A stretch of 64,000 bases of DNA from Auanema rhodensis (lineage: Eukaryota; Animalia; Nematoda). Shown piece after piece: positions 58,881 to 64,000 of this stretch. The stretch is from assembly GCA_964057225.1 (NCBI GenBank), contig CAXKVF010000082.1, positions 248,001 to 312,000 of the forward strand, read 5' to 3'. Each line of letters starts with the position of its first letter. Positions within the stretch are counted from its first letter, which is position 1. The notes beneath the pieces were generated by a model, which saw nothing but the letters and a program-made list of their open reading frames with translations, was not told where the DNA came from and ran no database searches. The translations under genes were made by a program, and so were the position numbers.

Positions 58881-61800
58881 TAATATGGACATGGGGAATC
58901 TAATTTTGAAAACCGCATCTCTTTATCTTTCACGTGAAGCGAGTTACATACCAAGTGCACATCACGTGTACATTTAATTAGCATAAATTAAAGTTCACGT
59001 AAATTTCAAAGTCATGGTTACCATGCACCAATATCAATAAAAATTTGTTTTTAGACTAATATGGACATGGGGAATCTAATTTTGAAAACCGCATCTCTTT
59101 ATCTTTCACGTGAAGCGAGTTACATACCAAGTGCACATCACGTGTACATTTAATTAGCATAAATTAAAGTTCACGTAAATTTCAAAGTCATGGTTACCAT
59201 GAACCAATATCAATAAAAATTTGTTTTTAGACTAATATGGACATGGGGAATCTAATTTTGAAAACCGCATCTCTTTATCTTTCACGTGAAGCGAGTTACA
59301 TACCAAGTGCACATCACGTGTACATTTAATTAGCATAAATTAAAGTTCACGTAAATTTCAAAGTCATGGTTACCATGAACCAATATCAATAAAAATTTGT
59401 TTTTAGACTAATATGGACATGGGGAATCTAATTTTGAAAACCGCATCTCTTTATCTTTCACGTGAAGCGAGTTACATACCAAGTGCACATCACGTGTACA
59501 TTTAATTAGCATAAATTAAAGTTCACGTAAACTTCAAAGTCATGGTTACCATGCACCAATATCAATAAAAATTTGTTTTTAGACTAATATGGACATGGGG
59601 AATCTAATTTTGAAAACCGCATCTCTTTATCTTTCACGTGAAGCGAGTTACATACCAAGTGCACATCACGTGTACATTTAATTAGCATAAATTAAAGTTC
59701 ACGTAAATTTCAAAGTCATGGTTACCATGAACCAATATCAATAAAAATTTGTTTTTAGACTAATATGGACATGGGGAATCTAATTTTGAAAACCGCATCT
59801 CTTTATCTTTCACGTGAAGCGAGTTACATACCAAGTGCACATCACGTGTACATTTAATTAGCATAAATTAAAGTTCACGTGAACTTCAAAGTCATGGTTA
59901 CCATGAAGCAATATCAATAAAAATTTGTTTTTAGACTAATATGGACATGGGGAATCTAATTTTGAAAACCGCATCTCTTTATCTTTCACGTGAAGCGAGT
60001 TACATACCAAGTGCACATCACGTGTACATTTAATTAGCATAAATTAAAGTTCACGTAAATTTCAAAGTCATGGTTACCATGAACCAATATCACTAAAAAT
60101 TTGTTTTTAGACTAATATGGACATGGGGAATCTAATTTTGAAAACCGCATCTCTTTATCTTTCACGTGAAGCGAGTTACATACCAAGTGCACATCACGTG
60201 TACATTTAATTAGCATAAATTAAAGTTCACGTGAACTTCAAAGTCATGGTTACCATGAACCAATATCAATAAAAATTTGTTTTTAGACTAATATGGACAT
60301 GGGGAATCTAATTTTGAAAACCGCATCTCTTTATCTTTCACGTGAAGCGAGTTACATACCAAGTGCACATCACGTGTACATTTAATTAGCATAAATTAAA
60401 GTTCACGTAAATTTCAAAGTCATGGTTACCATGAACCAATATCAATAAAAATTTGTTTTTAGACTAATATGGACATGGGGAATCTAATTTTGAAAACCGC
60501 ATCTCTTTATCTTTCACGTGAAGCGAGTTACATACCAAGTGCACATCACGTGTACATTTAATTAGCATAAATTAAAGTTCACGTAAATTTCAAAGTCATG
60601 GTTACCATGAAGCAATATCAATAAAAATTTGTTTTTAGACTAATATGGACATGGGGAATCTAATTTTGAAAACCGCATTTCTTTATCTTTCACGTGAAGC
60701 GAGTTACATACCAAGTGCACATCACGTGTACATTTAATTAGCATAAATTAAAGTTCACGTAAATTTCAAAGTCATGGTTACCATGCACCAATATCAATAA
60801 AAATTTGTTTTTAGACTAATATGGACATGGGGAATCTAATTTTGAAAGCCGCATCTCTTTATCTTTCACGTGAAGCGAGTTACATACCAAGTGCACATCA
60901 CGTGTACATTTAATTAGCATAAATTAAAGTTCACGTAAATTTCAAAGTCATGGTTACCATGAACCAATATCAATAAAAATTTGTTTTTAGACTAATATGG
61001 ACATGGGGAATCTAATTTTGAAAACCGCATCTCTTTATCTTTCACGTGAAGCGAGTTACATACCAAGTGCACATCACGTGTACATTTAATTAGCATAAAT
61101 TAAAGTTCACGTAAATTTCAAAGTCATGGTTACCATGAACCAATATCAATAAAAATTTGTTTTTAGACTAATATGGACATGGGGAATCTAATTTTGAAAA
61201 CCGCATCTCTTTATCTTTCACGTGAAGCGAGTTACATACCAGGTGCACATCACGTGTACATTTAATTAGCATAAATTAAAGTTCACGTAAATTTCAAAGT
61301 CATGGTTACCATGAACCAATATCAATAAAAATTTGTTTTTAGACTAATATGGACATGGGGAATCTAATTTTGAAAACCGCATCTCTTTATCTTTCACGTG
61401 AAGCGAGTTACATACCAAGTGCACATCACGTGTACATTTAATTAGCATAAATTAAAGTTCACGTAAACTTCAAAGTCATGGTTACCATGCACCAATATCA
61501 ATAAAAATTTGTTTTTAGACTAATATGGACATGGGGAATCTAATTTTGAAAACCGCATCTCTTTATCTTTCACGTGAAGCGAGTTACATACCAAGTGCAC
61601 ATCACGTGTACATTTAATTAGCATAAATTAAAGTTCACGTAAATTTCAAAGTCATGGTTACCATGAACCAATATCAATAAAAATTTGTTTTTAGACTAAT
61701 ATGGACATGGGGAATCTAATTTTGAAAACCGCATCTCTTTATCTTTCACGTGAAGCGAGTTACATACCAAGTGCACATCACGTGTACATTTAATTAGCAT

Positions 61801-64000
61801 AAATTAAAGTTCACGTAAATTTTAAAGTCATGGTTACCATGCACCAATATCAATAAAAATTTGTTTTTAGACTAATATGGACATGGGGAATCTAATTTTG
61901 AAAACCGCATCTCTTTATCTTTCACGTGAAGCGAGTTACATACCAAGTGCACATCACGTGTACATTTAATTAGCATAAATTAAAGTTCACGTAAATTTCA
62001 AAGTCATGGTTACCATGAACCAATATCAATAAAAATTTGTTTTTAGACTAATATGCACATGGGGAATCTAATTTTGAAAACCGCATCTCTTTATCTTTCA
62101 CGTGAAGCGAGTTACATACCAAGTGCACATCACGTGTACATTTAATTAGCATAAATTAAAGTTCACGTAAATTTTAAAGTCATGGTTACCATGCACCAAT
62201 ATCAATAAAAATTTGTTTTTAGACTAATATGGACATGGGGAATCTAATTTTGAAAACCGCATCTCTTTATCTTTCACGTGAAGCGAGTTACATACCAAGT
62301 GCACATCACGTGTACATTTAATTAGCATAAATTAAAGTTCACGTAAATTTCAAAGTCATGGTTACCATGAACCAATATCAATAAAAATTTGTTTTTAGAC
62401 TAATATGGACATGGGGAATCTAATTTTGAAAACCGCATCTCTTTATCTTTCACGTGAAGCGAGTTACATACCAAGTGCACATCACGTGTACATTTAATTA
62501 GCATAAATTAAAGTTCACGTAAATTTCAAAGTCATGGTTACCATGCACCAATATCAATAAAAATTTGTTTTTAGACTAATATGGACATGGGGAATCTAAT
62601 TTTGAAAACCGCATCTCTTTATCTTTCACGTGAAGCGAGTTACATACCGAGTGCACATCACGTGTACATTTAATTAGCATAAATTAGTGTTCACGTAAAT
62701 TTCAAAGTCATGGTTACCATGAACCAATATCAATAAAAATTTGTTTTTAGACTAATATGGACATGGGGAATCTAATTTTGAAAACCGCATCTCTTTATCT
62801 TTCACGTGAAGCGAGTTACATACCAAGTGCACATCACGTGTACATTTAATTAGCATAAATTAAAGTTCACGTAAATTTCAAAGTCATGGTTACCATGAAG
62901 CAATATCAATAAAAATTTGTTTTTAGACTAATATGGACATGGGGAATCTAATTTTGAAAACCGCATTTCTTTATTTTTCACGTGAAGCGAGTTACATACC
63001 AAGTGCACATCACGTGTACATTTAATTAGCATAAATTAAAGTTCACGTAAATTTCAAAGTCATGGTTACCATGCACCAATATCAATAAAAATTTGTTTTT
63101 AGACTAATATGGACATGGGGAATCTAATTTTGAAAACCGCATCTCTTTATCTTTCACGTGAAGCGAGTTACATACCAAGTGCACATCACGTGTACATTTA
63201 ATTAGCATAAATTAAAGTTCACGTGAACTTCAAAGTCATGGTTACCATGAACCAATATCAATAAAAATTTGTTTTTAGACTAATATGGACATGGGGAATC
63301 TAATTTTGAAAACCGCATCTCTTTATCTTTCACGTGAAGCGAGTTACATACCAAGTGCACATCACGTGTACATTTAATTAGCATAAATTAAAGTTCACGT
63401 AAATTTCAAAGTCATGGTTACCATGAACCAATATCACTAAAAATTTGTTTTTAGACTAATATGGACATGGGGAATCTAATTTTGAAAACCGCATCTCTTT
63501 ATCTTTCACGTGAAGCGAGTTACATACCAAGTGCACATCACGTGTACATTTAATTAGCATAAATTAAAGTTCACGTGAACTTCAAAGTCATGGTTACCAT
63601 GAAGCAATATCAATAAAAATTTGTTTTTAGACTAATATGGACATGGGGAATCTAATTTTGAAAACCGCATCTCTTTATCTTTCACGTGAAGCGAGTTACA
63701 TACCAAGTGCACATCACGTGTACATTTAATTAGCATAAATTAAAGTTCACGTAAATTTCAAAGTCATGGTTACCATGAACCAATATCAATAAAAATTTGT
63801 TTTTAGACTAATATGGACATGGGGAATCTAATTTTGAAAACCGCATCTCTTTATCTTTCACGTGAAGCGAGTTACATACCAAGTGCACATCACGTGTACA
63901 TTTAATTAGCATAAATTAAAGTTCACGTAAATTTCAAAGTCATGGTTACCATGCACCAATATCAATAAAAATTTGTTTTTAGACTAATATGGACATGGGG

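Larger units (their letters stand above)
1..64000. repeat. Tandem satellite DNA array, 176-bp monomer, about 365 units, highly homogeneous; centromere-type satellite architecture (function not proven)
   Basis: TAATATGGAC recurs every 176 bp (1, 177, 353 ...). Phase is kept in five blocks starting at 1, 15553, 28748, 33740 and 49201 (88, 74, 28, 86 and 84 monomers). The array runs off both window edges. The monomer has 56/176 G+C. Confidence 0.99.

Noticed and set aside
1-64000. CRISPR array or repeat-spacer system
   Set aside because: There are no unique spacers: the full 176 bp is repeated. There are no cas or other genes.

Overview
The whole 64 kb window is one head-to-tail tandem satellite array, with all monomers in the same orientation. 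The monomer is 176 bp and about 32% GC. Consensus, taken from positions 1-176: TAATATGGACATGGGGAATCTAATTTTGAAAACCGCATCTCTTTATCTTTCACGTGAAGCGAGTTACATACCAAGTGCACATCACGTGTACATTTAATTAGCATAAATTAAAGTTCACGTAAATTTCAAAGTCATGGTTACCATGAACCAATATCAATAAAAATTTGTTTTTAGAC. Phase tracking gives 360 full-length monomers, two identical 64-bp deleted monomers, one 171-bp monomer, one 325-bp rearranged two-monomer unit and a 16-bp partial at the right end. Monomers usually differ from consensus by 0-4 substitutions. The length and homogeneity resemble a eukaryotic centromeric or pericentromeric satellite, but I cannot identify the organism or family. I found no genes, RNA genes, transposons or CRISPR arrays, and the single ORF is incidental. 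The informative structure lies in (i) a fold-back/template-switch scar at about 49.0 kb, (ii) a palindrome- and E-box-rich monomer with variants that perfect or break its dyads, and (iii) nested higher-order repeats (about 4-5, 8, 11 and 13 monomers) plus a loose 17-20 kb super-periodicity. All variant calls were made by eye and may be incomplete.
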